Positions 47,537-57,795 of a stretch of 64,000 nt of DNA are shown here, piece after piece. How positions within the stretch are numbered: position 1 is the stretch's first letter; every line of letters begins with the position of its first letter. The stretch comes from Bacteroidia bacterium (GTDB lineage: Bacteria; Bacteroidota; Bacteroidia; NS11-12g; UBA955). The stretch spans positions 27,633-91,632 of the forward strand of contig JBIKKI010000001.1 of the NCBI GenBank assembly GCA_044360435.1, written 5' to 3'. Position numbers and translations under genes: made by a program. The notes under the pieces were generated by a model. The model made no database searches. It had not been told where the DNA came from and saw only the letters and a list, made by a program, of their open reading frames with translations.

Positions 47537-48302
47537 AATACATATAGAATTGGACTTACCAGATGGTAAGCGCATCTATTTTGCCGGCGATTTCCACTTA
47601 GGTTTTCCCAATCGTGAGCTAAGCAGGAAACGAGAAGATTTATTGGTTTCCTGGTTGTCTTCTATACAAGGAAATGCACGGGCTATATTTCTGATGGGAG
47701 ATCAATTTGATTTCTGGTTCGAATACAATCATGTTGTACCTGCTGGATATGTCAGGTTCCTCGGAAAAATTGCGGAATTGACGGATGCTGGAATAAACGT
47801 GTTCATGTTTAGAGGAAATCATGATATGTGGACACGTGGTTATTGGTCCAAAGAATTAGGTGTTACAGTAATCAGTGACTCTTGTATCCTAGAAAGCGCA
47901 GGAAAACGTTTTTATCTGCATCACGGGGATGGTTTGGGTAAAGGCGAAAAGCTATATAAAATTATGAGAAGGATATTTCGTGCACCATGGTCTTCCTGGC
48001 TTTTTGCACGATTACATCCGAACCTTGGCTTTTTTATCGCGACTTCCTGGAGCAGGAAAAGCAGGAAAGCCCAAGGAAACAGGTATAGTATGTATATGGG
48101 TGATGATAAAGAGTTGTTATACCAATATGCACTAAACATGAAAGAAGAATATGACTATTTCATTTTTGGACACAGGCATTTGGAACTTGATATCAAAATT
48201 CATGAACAAACCAGATATTTAAATACAGGAACATGGCTCAAGGCTCCTACGTATGCGGTTTTTGATGGAAACGATGTGCAACTGGTAGCGTTCAAAAAAT
48301 AA
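47523..48302 (+). CDS. UDP-2,3-diacylglucosamine diphosphatase (LpxH-family calcineurin-like metallophosphoesterase)
   Basis: YFAGDFHLG, LMGDQFDFW, GNHDMW and HHGDG are metallophosphoesterase motifs in an LpxH-like arrangement. Confidence 0.65.
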   Translation: MSPSEIHIELDLPDGKRIYFAGDFHLGFPNRELSRKREDLLVSWLSSIQGNARAIFLMGDQFDFWFEYNHVVPAGYVRFLGKIAELTDAGINVFMFRGNHDMWTRGYWSKELGVTVISDSCILESAGKRFYLHHGDGLGKGEKLYKIMRRIFRAPWSSWLFARLHPNLGFFIATSWSRKSRKAQGNRYSMYMGDDKELLYQYALNMKEEYDYFIFGHRHLELDIKIHEQTRYLNTGTWLKAPTYAVFDGNDVQLVAFKK

Positions 48303-48303
48303 G

Positions 48304-49107
48304 ATGATGAAATTTCTTTTAACCTGCTCAATCCTTGCGCTAACAACAAGGGGAATTTATGAGCAAATTGATTATAAAGAATATAAAAACGAACAAGGAA
48401 CTTTTACATGTATAGCTGCTTCACCCAATGGATACACTGTAGCAGCTGATAAGGAAGGCATCGTGTATCTATGGGATCCATCCGGGAATTTACAGAGCAA
48501 ACAATCCTATCATCAGTTTGGACAAGTAGCTTTAATTGACGCGTCTAATCCCCTTGATATATTTATATATTTTCGATTGAATCGCAGGCTACTCGTGCTT
48601 GACAACCAGTTGAACACCAAAAAAGAACTTGATTTCAATGCACTACAAAATTATTATGTCCTTGGATTAGGTAGATCCTCAGATGGCAATTGCTGGATTA
48701 TTGATGCACGGGAACGATTACTCCGAAAGATAGACTTCTCAGGAAAATCTTTGCAAAGTCAGACAATTAATTTAAGAATCAACTCCAAGGGTTTCAGCGC
48801 GATACGTGATAATGGAAATTTAATCATGTGCGGAGCTAAAGAAGACACGATTTTAAATATCTATACCTCCTCGTTAATTCCACGGCCCGGTTTCATAAAA
48901 CCACGTAAATCATGGAGTTCCTATGGTAACAATATCTATGTGCCGATGGACGATTCAAGGGTTGTGTCGTTTAATGTTTCAACAGCAAAAAGAGATACGC
49001 TGTTGTGCTCAGGTACCTTTGCACTTCATGATGTACAAGTATCCTCCAAAGGCATGGTGAATCTAAATCAGGGCAACCTGGGCTTTTACAGAAGCGGCAA
49101 TGAATAA
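48304..49107 (+). CDS. Hypothetical secreted protein
   Basis: 267 aa with a signal peptide. No recognisable domain. The composition suggests a beta-rich fold. Confidence 0.45.
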   Translation: MMKFLLTCSILALTTRGIYEQIDYKEYKNEQGTFTCIAASPNGYTVAADKEGIVYLWDPSGNLQSKQSYHQFGQVALIDASNPLDIFIYFRLNRRLLVLDNQLNTKKELDFNALQNYYVLGLGRSSDGNCWIIDARERLLRKIDFSGKSLQSQTINLRINSKGFSAIRDNGNLIMCGAKEDTILNIYTSSLIPRPGFIKPRKSWSSYGNNIYVPMDDSRVVSFNVSTAKRDTLLCSGTFALHDVQVSSKGMVNLNQGNLGFYRSGNE

Positions 49108-50185
49108 ATTATTAGAGAAACTGGAGGCAATTCATGCCCGTTTTGTTGATACGGAGCAGTTGTTGAGCAGCCCTGAAATTATTGCCGACTTAAAACGTTT
49201 TGCCAAACTCAACAAGGATTACAATACGCTGAAAGAGCTGGAAGAGGTCTATGTGCAGTACAAACACTTGTTGCATGAATTGGATCAGGCCCGCGAAATT
49301 CTTCAGCAGGAAGACGATAAAGAAATAAAGCAACTGGCTCTTGAGATCATCGAGAAAAACGAGCTTGAATGTTCCCAGTTAGAACAAAAAATCGGGCTGT
49401 TGCTGATGCCCAAGGATCCACAGGATGAGAAGGATGCTGTATTGGAAATCCGTGCGGGAACAGGAGGAGATGAAGCGTGCTTGTTCGTTGGGGATCTGGC
49501 AAGAATGTACCTGAGGTTTTGTGAGCAGCGCGGTTGGTCGTGTGAAACTATTGACTATAATGAAGGAACGGCGGGAGGATACAGTAAGTACATCATGCTC
49601 ATCAGGGGTAATCTGGTGTACGGTACCTTAAAGTATGAAAGTGGCGTCCACCGGGTTCAGCGCGTGCCCCAAACAGAAACACAGGGACGCATACACACTT
49701 CGGCTGTAACCGTTGCAGTGTTGCCGGAAGCAGAAGAGATCGACGTGCAACTGAATGAGCGTGACATCGAATTACACACGTCACGCAGCGGGGGTGCTGG
49801 CGGGCAAAACGTGAATAAAGTTGAAACGAAGGTTCAGCTGACCCATAAACCAAGCGGAATTGTAGTGGTATGTCAAACAGAGCGCACACAGCTTGGAAAC
49901 AGGGAAAAGGCTATGAATATGTTACGCACACGTTTGTATGAAGATACGGTACGTAAGCAAGAAGAAGCCATTGCAGCACAAAGGAAAACGCTGGTTTCCA
50001 CCGGTGACAGAAGCGCGAAAATCAGGACATACAACTTCCCGCAAAGTCGTGTTACCGATCACCGAATTAACCTTACTGTGTATAACCTTCAGGAGGTATT
50101 GCACGGAAAACCTGATGCAATCATAGAAGCGCTGCAGCTTGCAGAAAACGCGGCACGCGTGCAACAGGGAACCTCAGATGGCTAA
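49100..50185 (+). CDS. prfA: Peptide chain release factor 1
   Basis: A PxT-type tripeptide region ([14 protein letters not shown]), not the SPF of RF2. It has the GGQ motif ([11 protein letters not shown]), and its length and N-terminus resemble RF1. Confidence 0.88.
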   Translation: MNKLLEKLEAIHARFVDTEQLLSSPEIIADLKRFAKLNKDYNTLKELEEVYVQYKHLLHELDQAREILQQEDDKEIKQLALEIIEKNELECSQLEQKIGLLLMPKDPQDEKDAVLEIRAGTGGDEACLFVGDLARMYLRFCEQRGWSCETIDYNEGTAGGYSKYIMLIRGNLVYGTLKYESGVHRVQRVPQTETQGRIHTSAVTVAVLPEAEEIDVQLNERDIELHTSRSGGAGGQNVNKVETKVQLTHKPSGIVVVCQTERTQLGNREKAMNMLRTRLYEDTVRKQEEAIAAQRKTLVSTGDRSAKIRTYNFPQSRVTDHRINLTVYNLQEVLHGKPDAIIEALQLAENAARVQQGTSDG

Positions 50186-50436
50186 CAACTTAAACCCCAG
50201 CTGCCTGTTGTTGCGCTGCTGTATCTGAGTTCTTTTCCGGCTTCGGGGCAGGAGCGCGGCGAACAGGGGCTTTATTGGCGGTTTTGCTCATGGATTCAGC
50301 GCTTCAATATCTGGCTGTGATACAAGCGCCCCATACATCGGTTTATCAAAAGGGAGTTTGTATATACCAATGACAGCCTTCAGGCCATCAACGTTGCCCC
50401 AAGTCAAAAAAAGAGTTGCCTGGAAAGGCGCAATGT

Positions 50437-51129
50437 TTATTTGGAAATCAAGGAGCTGATGCCCTGGAACAAACCAACACCGTCTGTATTAAACAGATGT
50501 ACGAAGGCTGCTCTTTCAGGGTGAGGCATCATGCCAAATACATTCTTTCCTGCATTGCAAACCCCGGCAATGTTGTTTGCCGAACCATTGGGGTTGGCAT
50601 CTTCGTTAACAGTTCCAGCAGCATCGCAATAACGGAACAAAACCTGTCCATTTTCTTCCAGCTGTTTCAATGTTTCGGCATCGGCGTAATAGCGGCCTTC
50701 TCCATGCGCAATGGGTATGTTATAGGCCTTATGAGCGTCGTAGTGCGACAACAATGGAAGACTGGTATTCACAGGCTTTAAATACACGTTGCTGCACGTA
50801 AAGCGCATGTTGGTGTTTCGGAGCAAAGCTCCGGGAAGCAGACCGGATTCGCATAAAATCTGAAAGCCATTGCAAATACCCATCACATAACCGCCTTTAT
50901 GGGCAAAAGCAATTACTGATTCCATAATGGACGACTTGGCAGCTATGGCACCACTTCTCAGGTAATCACCGTAGGAAAAACCACCGGGCAGGAAGATAAA
51001 ATCGCAGGACTTTAAGTCGGTGTCCTGGTGCCATAAGGTTTCAACAGAACCAGGGCAATGTTCTTCCAGGGCCGCAATGAGGTCCTTGTCACAATTAGAT
51101 CCGGGAAATATTACAACTCCGAAACGCAC
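50437..51129 (-). CDS. purQ: Phosphoribosylformylglycinamidine synthase subunit PurQ (glutaminase)
   Basis: MRFGVVIFPGSNCDKD..., catalytic Cys (ICNGFQ) and a His/Glu C-terminus. Confidence 0.9.
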   Translation of the reverse strand: MRFGVVIFPGSNCDKDLIAALEEHCPGSVETLWHQDTDLKSCDFIFLPGGFSYGDYLRSGAIAAKSSIMESVIAFAHKGGYVMGICNGFQILCESGLLPGALLRNTNMRFTCSNVYLKPVNTSLPLLSHYDAHKAYNIPIAHGEGRYYADAETLKQLEENGQVLFRYCDAAGTVNEDANPNGSANNIAGVCNAGKNVFGMMPHPERAAFVHLFNTDGVGLFQGISSLISK

Positions 51130-51141
51130 GATGTGGCAAAG

Positions 51142-52146
51142 TTAAGCATTAAGCCTCAGCTGCTGCGCGCAGCGTTTAACAGTATCGCTCAGGGGTTCAA
51201 ATGTTATTCCCAGCGCACGCGCCTTTTGGTTGTCATAGGTGGAACGGTGCCGGCTTACCCGGATGTTCTCTGACGACAGGGGTAACAAGGTTCCCAACAC
51301 AGGCTCCGTCCAACGGATGATCAGATAAAACAACCAATACCAAAATCCATTGATAGGAACAGATGGTTCGGGTTTTCCGCAGGCTTGTGCAAGGGTATGC
51401 AACAGTTTTTGGTAAGAACAGCTTTCAGCAATGGCGATATAGCGCTGATGCCTGATTTTTTCATCAGCCAGCTTCATCATCAATTTCACGGTATCTTCAA
51501 CAGAAACGAACCCATTGGTTCCCATCGGAAAAAAGGTCAGGCCACGACTGATTCTGTGAAAGAACATATTGGATCCGCTGATTCCGTCGCCGGCACCAAT
51601 GATGATTCCCGGATTAACAATGGCTCCGGAAAGACCTTCTTCAAACCCCCGCCAGACCTCCAATTCACTCAGGTGTTTGGAAATCGCATAATTGGTATTC
51701 AGAGGATGATCGTTCCATTCAGTTTCTTCGTTGATTGGGGCATCTTGTTCACTTCTTCCGAGCGCAGCGATGGAGCTCACATGCAATAAATACGGTGTCT
51801 TGCATTTCAGGGCGGCATGAACCAGGTTGGCGGTACCCTGAACATTGGTTCGCATCATCTGTGCAGCATCTTTTTTATAGAAGGAAACAAAGGCTGCACA
51901 ATGAAAAACCACGTCTATTCCTTTCAACGCTTCTTCCAGGGAAAAAACATCGTCAAGGTCGCCGATTACCCATTGTAAAAGCGGATGCTCGGAATCAATA
52001 CCATAAAGGTTCGCCACTTTGTTGAACAAGTTGAGCTTACTGTGTTCGCGTTTCAGGGCAACCACAAGCGTGCCACGCTGCAAGAGGGAACAGGTGAGGT
52101 GTGCCCCCAACAACCCGGTGGCTCCGGTTACCAGTGTTTTACCCAT
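51142..52146 (-). CDS. NAD-dependent epimerase/dehydratase family protein (extended SDR)
   Basis: N-terminal Rossmann motif TGATGLLGAHL and catalytic YxxxK (YAISKHL). Confidence 0.8.
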   Translation of the reverse strand: MGKTLVTGATGLLGAHLTCSLLQRGTLVVALKREHSKLNLFNKVANLYGIDSEHPLLQWVIGDLDDVFSLEEALKGIDVVFHCAAFVSFYKKDAAQMMRTNVQGTANLVHAALKCKTPYLLHVSSIAALGRSEQDAPINEETEWNDHPLNTNYAISKHLSELEVWRGFEEGLSGAIVNPGIIIGAGDGISGSNMFFHRISRGLTFFPMGTNGFVSVEDTVKLMMKLADEKIRHQRYIAIAESCSYQKLLHTLAQACGKPEPSVPINGFWYWLFYLIIRWTEPVLGTLLPLSSENIRVSRHRSTYDNQKARALGITFEPLSDTVKRCAQQLRLNA

Positions 52147-52200
52147 TGATGCTTATTTTTTCCAGTTGAGCTGCGAACTTAACCGAAACATAGAAGTTAT

Positions 52201-52644
52201 TTGAACATGCGCATTGCAGTAATCAATGGACCCAACCTGAACTTGCTGGGAAGCAGAGAACCGGAAATCTATGGATCCGGCAGTTGGGATGCCTGTGAAC
52301 AGGATTTGAAAAGGCAGTTTCCAAGCGTTGATTTTTTCTTTCATCAAAGCAATGTGGAGGGTGAACTGATCAACCTCCTGCATCAATATGGAACGCCCGG
52401 GCCTCAACAAGCTGATGGAATTGTTTTGAACGCCGGAGGCTACAGCCACACTTCCGTAGCCATTGCAGATGCTGTGTCGGCCATTGCCGTAACAGTCATA
52501 GGCGTGCATATCAGTAATGTGTACAAACGGGAACCGGAACGCCACATGGAACTTATAGCGAAAAGCGCCACGGGAGGGATTTTTGGTTTGGGTATGGAAG
52601 TCTATACCCTTGCTGTGCAATGGTTCTTGCTTCGGAAGAAGTGA
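52201..52644 (+). CDS. aroQ: Type II 3-dehydroquinate dehydratase
   Basis: IAVINGPNLNLLGSREPEIYG...HISN is the canonical AroQ sequence. Confidence 0.92.
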   Translation: MNMRIAVINGPNLNLLGSREPEIYGSGSWDACEQDLKRQFPSVDFFFHQSNVEGELINLLHQYGTPGPQQADGIVLNAGGYSHTSVAIADAVSAIAVTVIGVHISNVYKREPERHMELIAKSATGGIFGLGMEVYTLAVQWFLLRKK

Positions 52645-52647
52645 TTA

Positions 52648-55233
52648 TCAAACAACCACGTTGATGATGCGGCCCTTCACGATGATTAATTTCTTTAGGG
52701 GTTTTCCATCCATCCACTTCACCACTTCCGGATTTGTAAAAACAGCGGCTTCCATTTCAGCATCGCTTGCATCGAGCGCAAACATGATGCTGGTGCGTGT
52801 TTTTCCATTAATACTCACGGGATAGTTAAACGCTTGTTCCACCAGGTATTCGGGGTTGAAATTGGGCCAAGAAGCCAGATGAACACTGCTTAGATTACCC
52901 ATCATGTGCCACAATTCTTCCGCGATATGAGGGGCAAAGGGCGCAAGCAAAACCACCAAAGGTTCCAGGATGGCGCGCTTCTTACACTTCATGGACTGAA
53001 GCTCATTTACAGCCACCATAAACGCGGAAACAGAGGTGTTAAAGCTCATGTTTTCGATATCGCCACTTACCTTTTGAATGGTTTTATGCAGCACCTTCAG
53101 TTCATCTTTGCCAGGTTCTTCATCTGTCAAAACACAAGCCTCTTCCTGCACATACAAGCGCCACAGTTTGTTTAAAAAGCGACTTACCCCTTCGATGCCG
53201 TTGGTATTCCAGGGTTTGCTGTCTGTTAATGGACCGAGGAACATTTCGTACATGCGTAAGGTATCAGCACCATAGGCATCACACACGTCGTCGGGGTTTA
53301 CTACATTTCCCCAGCGTTTGCTCATTTTCTGACCATCTTCTCCCATGATCATGCCTTGATTGACGAGGCGTTTAAAAGGCTCATCCCAAGCGATTAAGCC
53401 AAGGTCAAACAGAAATTTTGTCCAAAAACGACTGTACAGCAGATGGCCTGTGGCATGCTCGCTGCCACCCACATAAAGGTCAACCTGGTTCCAGTATTCC
53501 AGAGCTTCGGCACCGGCAAAACGTGTAGCGTTATGGGGGTCGGTGTAGCGCAGGAAGTACCAACTGCTGCCAGCCCAACCAGGCATAGTGTCGGTTTCGC
53601 GCTTACCGTCGGGTGTAGAAACCCAATCCAGAACACCGGCAAGCGGACTTTCGCCCGTTCCTGAAGGTTTGTAGCTGTCCACGGCGGGCAATTCCACGGG
53701 TAGCGCTGCTACCAACCTTGGAACACCGGCTTCGTCAAATACTACGGGAATTGGTTCACCCCAATAGCGCTGACGTCCAAAACCAGCTTCCCTGAGTTTG
53801 TAATTTGTTTTGCTTCTTCCAAGGTTCCGAGCCTCAACTTCTTCCAACATTTTCGCAATGGCTTCTTTTACAGATAAACCATTTAAGAATGCGCTGTTGA
53901 TACAAACACCATCTTTAGCAGCATAAGCTGCCCCAAGAGGTTCTTCAAGTGTTTCGCCTGTCGGCTGAATCACGGGAATGATGGGCAATTGGAACGCCTG
54001 GGCGAAATCAAAGTCGCGTTCGTCGTGGGCAGGAACGGCCATAATAGCTCCTGTTCCATAACCCGCCAACACATAATCGCTTACCCAAACAGGAATGGCT
54101 TTTCCGGTAAAAGGGTTTACCACTTCGAGTCCGGTAAATACACCCGTTTTGTTTACCGAGGCCATGCGGTCAATTTCACTTCTGTTTTTAGCCTTTGCAG
54201 CATAAGCCATAACGACCTCACGCTGTGCATCGGAACAAAGTGCTTCCAGGCCATCATATTCAGGCGCCAGAACCAAAAAACTTGCACCGAAAATAGTATC
54301 TGGCCTGGTGGTGAAAACGGGAATACTGCGGTTCGTGCCTACGCAGGAGAAGCTGATTTCTGCGCCGGTGCTTTTGCCAATCCAGTTCTTTTGAATTTCC
54401 TTGATGGAATCACTCCACTGGAGTTCATCCAAACCATCCAACAGCCGGTCGGCATAAGCGGTGATGCGCAGGAACCATTGCTTCATTTTTCTGCGTTCAA
54501 CAGGGAATCCGCCACGTTCGCTCACCGGACCTTTTTGCGGGTCGTTTACAACTTCTTCATTGGCCAGCACCGTGCCCATTTCCGGACACCAGTTCACCGT
54601 TGTTTCGTCCAAAAAGGCCAGGCGGAAGCGATTCAGAACTGCTTCTTTCTGCGCATCACTGAATAGTTTCCACTCGCCGGCGCTGAAGGAAATGCCAGCT
54701 TCTTTCAGCGTATCAAAGGGCGCGGCACCCTGTTCCACGAACTGTTCCACCAGGGTAGATACAGGACGAGCCTTTTGTACAGAAGAATCGTACCAATGGT
54801 TGAACAACAGCGAAAAAATCCATTGAGTCCACTTGTAATATTCAGGATCGCAGGTGCGCACCTCGCGCGACCAGTCGTAACAAAACCCCATGCGGTCCAA
54901 CTGCTCACGGAATCGGCGGATGTTTGCATTGGTGGTGACGGCTGGGTGTTGTCCGGTTTGGATGGCATACTGTTCAGCAGGCAATCCAAAAGCATCATAA
55001 CCCATTGGATGAAGCACATTGTAGCCATTTTGCCTTTTGTAACGGGCTACAATATCGCTGGCAATATATCCGAGCGGGTGGCCAACGTGCAGGCCGGCAC
55101 CCGAGGGATAGGGAAACATGTCCAGCACATAATATTTTGGTCGGGAAGGGTCTATCTCTACTTGATATAAACCCTGTTCTTTCCATTGCTGTTGCCAGCG
55201 GGATTCTATTTGTCGGAAAGGATATGAAGCCAT
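52648..55233 (-). CDS. leuS: Leucine--tRNA ligase
   Basis: HIGH motif (HVGHPLGY), KMSKS (KMSKRWGN) and LeuS-specific editing/CP1 regions. Confidence 0.95.
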   Translation of the reverse strand: MASYPFRQIESRWQQQWKEQGLYQVEIDPSRPKYYVLDMFPYPSGAGLHVGHPLGYIASDIVARYKRQNGYNVLHPMGYDAFGLPAEQYAIQTGQHPAVTTNANIRRFREQLDRMGFCYDWSREVRTCDPEYYKWTQWIFSLLFNHWYDSSVQKARPVSTLVEQFVEQGAAPFDTLKEAGISFSAGEWKLFSDAQKEAVLNRFRLAFLDETTVNWCPEMGTVLANEEVVNDPQKGPVSERGGFPVERRKMKQWFLRITAYADRLLDGLDELQWSDSIKEIQKNWIGKSTGAEISFSCVGTNRSIPVFTTRPDTIFGASFLVLAPEYDGLEALCSDAQREVVMAYAAKAKNRSEIDRMASVNKTGVFTGLEVVNPFTGKAIPVWVSDYVLAGYGTGAIMAVPAHDERDFDFAQAFQLPIIPVIQPTGETLEEPLGAAYAAKDGVCINSAFLNGLSVKEAIAKMLEEVEARNLGRSKTNYKLREAGFGRQRYWGEPIPVVFDEAGVPRLVAALPVELPAVDSYKPSGTGESPLAGVLDWVSTPDGKRETDTMPGWAGSSWYFLRYTDPHNATRFAGAEALEYWNQVDLYVGGSEHATGHLLYSRFWTKFLFDLGLIAWDEPFKRLVNQGMIMGEDGQKMSKRWGNVVNPDDVCDAYGADTLRMYEMFLGPLTDSKPWNTNGIEGVSRFLNKLWRLYVQEEACVLTDEEPGKDELKVLHKTIQKVSGDIENMSFNTSVSAFMVAVNELQSMKCKKRAILEPLVVLLAPFAPHIAEELWHMMGNLSSVHLASWPNFNPEYLVEQAFNYPVSINGKTRTSIMFALDASDAEMEAAVFTNPEVVKWMDGKPLKKLIIVKGRIINVVV

Positions 55234-55288
55234 GAAGCCCGCGAATTTAGTTGTTCTGCGGGCTTCAGTAGCGGGTTGTTACCCGGAA

Positions 55289-55636
55289 TTAAACAGCGAA
55301 ACTTTCACCGCAGCCGCAAGTGCGTGCTGCATTTGGATTGATGAAACTGAACCCTTTCCCGTTGAGGCCGTCGCTGAAATCGAGTTCTGTGCCACACAGG
55401 TACAGAAAACTTTTCATGTCGCAAACCATTTTAAGGCCGTTGTGGAAGAATTCCATATCGCCAGGTTTGGATTCGTTGTCGAAGTCTAGGTTATAACTCA
55501 AACCAGAACAACCACCACCTTTAACGCTTACGCGCAGAAAATATTCACCCGGCTGGATGGAGGCATCCCGCATCAAATCCATGACCTTGTCAAAGGCTTT
55601 GGAAGAGATGCTCAGGTCAGAATTTCCTGCATTCAT
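55289..55636 (-). CDS. iscA: Iron-sulfur cluster assembly A-type carrier (IscA/SufA/HesB family)
   Basis: The conserved Cys triad, ending ...CGCGESF. Confidence 0.85.
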   Translation of the reverse strand: MNAGNSDLSISSKAFDKVMDLMRDASIQPGEYFLRVSVKGGGCSGLSYNLDFDNESKPGDMEFFHNGLKMVCDMKSFLYLCGTELDFSDGLNGKGFSFINPNAARTCGCGESFAV

Positions 55637-55638
55637 GA

Positions 55639-56058
55639 TTAATGGTGTTTGGCCTGATTGTCAACAATGGGCTCAAGACCCTGCTTCACGCGGTAGTCGT
55701 TGATGGCGGCTTTGATGGCATCTTCTGCCAGCACGCTGCAATGGATTTTCACAGGTGGAAGGGCCAACTCTTCTACGATGTCCATATTGTCGATGGACAG
55801 CGCTTCATCCACACTTTTGCCTTTCAGCCACTCGGTAGCGAGGGAAGAAGAGGCAATGGCAGAACCACACCCAAATGTTTTAAACTTGGCATCTTCAATC
55901 ACATGCGTTTCGGGATTCACCTGAATTTGCAGGCGCATCACGTCGCCGCACTCAGGAGCGCCTACCAAACCGGTTCCTACGGTGTTGCTGTTTTTATCCA
56001 GGGTTCCGATGTTCCTTGGGTTGGTGTAGTGGTCTATTACTTTCTCAGAGTATGCCAT
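55639..56058 (-). CDS. iscU: Fe-S cluster assembly scaffold IscU
   Basis: MAYSEKVIDHYTNPRN...GAPECGDVM...FGCGSAIASS match the IscU/NifU N-terminal motifs. Confidence 0.92.
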   Translation of the reverse strand: MAYSEKVIDHYTNPRNIGTLDKNSNTVGTGLVGAPECGDVMRLQIQVNPETHVIEDAKFKTFGCGSAIASSSLATEWLKGKSVDEALSIDNMDIVEELALPPVKIHCSVLAEDAIKAAINDYRVKQGLEPIVDNQAKHH

Positions 56059-56111
56059 AATGATGTTGGTTATTTGTGTACAAAGATATTATTTGGAACA
56101 AGTCTAAACAA

Positions 56112-57326
56112 TCAATGTTCCTGCCATTGAACACTTTTCAGGTCAATTCCTTCTTTAAACATTTCCCAGAGTGGGCTCATTTCCCGGAGGCGCGTCACAG
56201 CTGTTTTTACGCAGTTGATGGTAAAATCAATTTCTTCTTCTGTGGTAAAGCGGCTCAGGCCAAAGCGCAGGCTGCTGTGTGCGAGTTCGTCGTCGAGACC
56301 CAGGTTTTTAAGCACGTAGCTTGGTTCCAGGCTGGCGCTGGTGCAGGCACTTCCGGAGCTCACGGCAATGTCTTTCACACCCATGATCAGGCCTTCGCCT
56401 TCTACGTATTTGAAGCTCATATTGGTGCAATGTGGCAGGCGGTGTTCGCGTGAACCATTCACATAGCTTTCTTCAAGTTCGAGCAGCGCGTTTTCAAGTT
56501 TATCGCGGAGTTTAGACAGCCGCTCTGCATCGGCGTGCATTTCGGCTTTGGCGAGGGCCGCAGCTTTTCCGAATCCTACGATGCCCGGAACATTCAGGGT
56601 TCCGCTGCGCATGCCACGTTCATGTCCGCCACCGTCCATTTGGGCGGTAACTTTTACCCTTGGGTTTTTGCGACGTACGTAAAGCGCACCAATTCCTTTG
56701 GGTCCGTACATTTTGTGCGCAGTAAAGCTCATCAGGTGGATGTTGTCTGCAATCACGTCCACGGGAATTTTTCCCACGGCCTGGGTAGCATCGCTGTGAA
56801 ACAATACACCTTTTTCGGCGCAAAGGGCACCAATTTCCCGAATGGGTTGAACAACACCTATTTCGTTGTTGGCGTACATGATGGTAACCAAAATGGTTTC
56901 CTTACGCATGGCTGCTGCCACCTGAGCGGCGGTAACCAACCCATCGGCCCCTGTTTCCAGATATGTAATCTCAGCACCGGCTTTTTCAAGATGCTTGCAG
57001 GTGTCGAGAATGGCTTTGTGTTCGGTATTTACGGTGATGATGTGGTTTCCCTTATCGCGGTACATTTCGAACACGCCTTTCAGTGCCAGGTTGTTGCTTT
57101 CGGTAGCGCCGCTGGTGAAAATGATTTCCTTATCGCTGGCGTTGATCAGGTCACCAATATCCTTACGGGCCTGGTCCACGGCGTCTTCGGCTTCCCAACC
57201 AAATGCGTGGTTGCGGCTGGAAGCATTGCCAAAATGTTGTGTGAAAAAGGGCATCATGGCTTCCAACACACGGGGATCAACCGGAGTGGTAGCGTTGTTG
57301 TCGAGGTAAACGGGTAATTTAACCAT
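56112..57326 (-). CDS. iscS: Cysteine desulfurase IscS
   Basis: YLDNNATTP, a PLP-lysine region ([12 protein letters not shown]) and the active-site loop SSGSACTS. Confidence 0.92.
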   Translation of the reverse strand: MVKLPVYLDNNATTPVDPRVLEAMMPFFTQHFGNASSRNHAFGWEAEDAVDQARKDIGDLINASDKEIIFTSGATESNNLALKGVFEMYRDKGNHIITVNTEHKAILDTCKHLEKAGAEITYLETGADGLVTAAQVAAAMRKETILVTIMYANNEIGVVQPIREIGALCAEKGVLFHSDATQAVGKIPVDVIADNIHLMSFTAHKMYGPKGIGALYVRRKNPRVKVTAQMDGGGHERGMRSGTLNVPGIVGFGKAAALAKAEMHADAERLSKLRDKLENALLELEESYVNGSREHRLPHCTNMSFKYVEGEGLIMGVKDIAVSSGSACTSASLEPSYVLKNLGLDDELAHSSLRFGLSRFTTEEEIDFTINCVKTAVTRLREMSPLWEMFKEGIDLKSVQWQEH

Positions 57327-57795
57327 AGATTTTTTCGTGTCTGTTTAGACAGCTTCTAAACTGCAAAAGTAAAACATTGGCGTTGGGATAAGGTTTGTTT
57401 GTGCGAGATAAAAAGTAATTCCGTGTGGAAATTGAATGGTGTTGACTTGCCTGGCTTGTGATCATCAGAACAGATTCACTACCCACATTACCGGAGGTGG
57501 TCTCTAAAAGAAGAAAAACCAGTATATACGATCTTCTTGTGCAGCAAGACTGCGATTATGAGGGTGGACAGTGTTTCACGGATGATCGGGTGCAACCCGA
57601 ACCTAATATATAGTTGAGGTAGAAAGAAGCAAACCACGACAAACACAGACAGTGATTGCTGCCGCTTTGTCAGGTGTTAAAACAAAGCAGCTCCCGCCCA
57701 TATTTCGTCGGATAATGACTTAAATTTGTCCTTTGGAGTAGTTTGTGGTGCATTGTTTGCCAAACCCACTCCGAACGAAGCGTTTGCCCAAAACA

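Noticed and set aside
38047-49100. Horizontally acquired genomic island suggested by lower GC
   Set aside because: The stretch contains core genes (ybeY, mnmG, pheS, prfA and the M16 pair) and no integrase, tRNA or flanking repeats. GC estimated by eye varies gene by gene. Only the two surface-protein genes and the 46121-46507 gap are clearly AT-rich.
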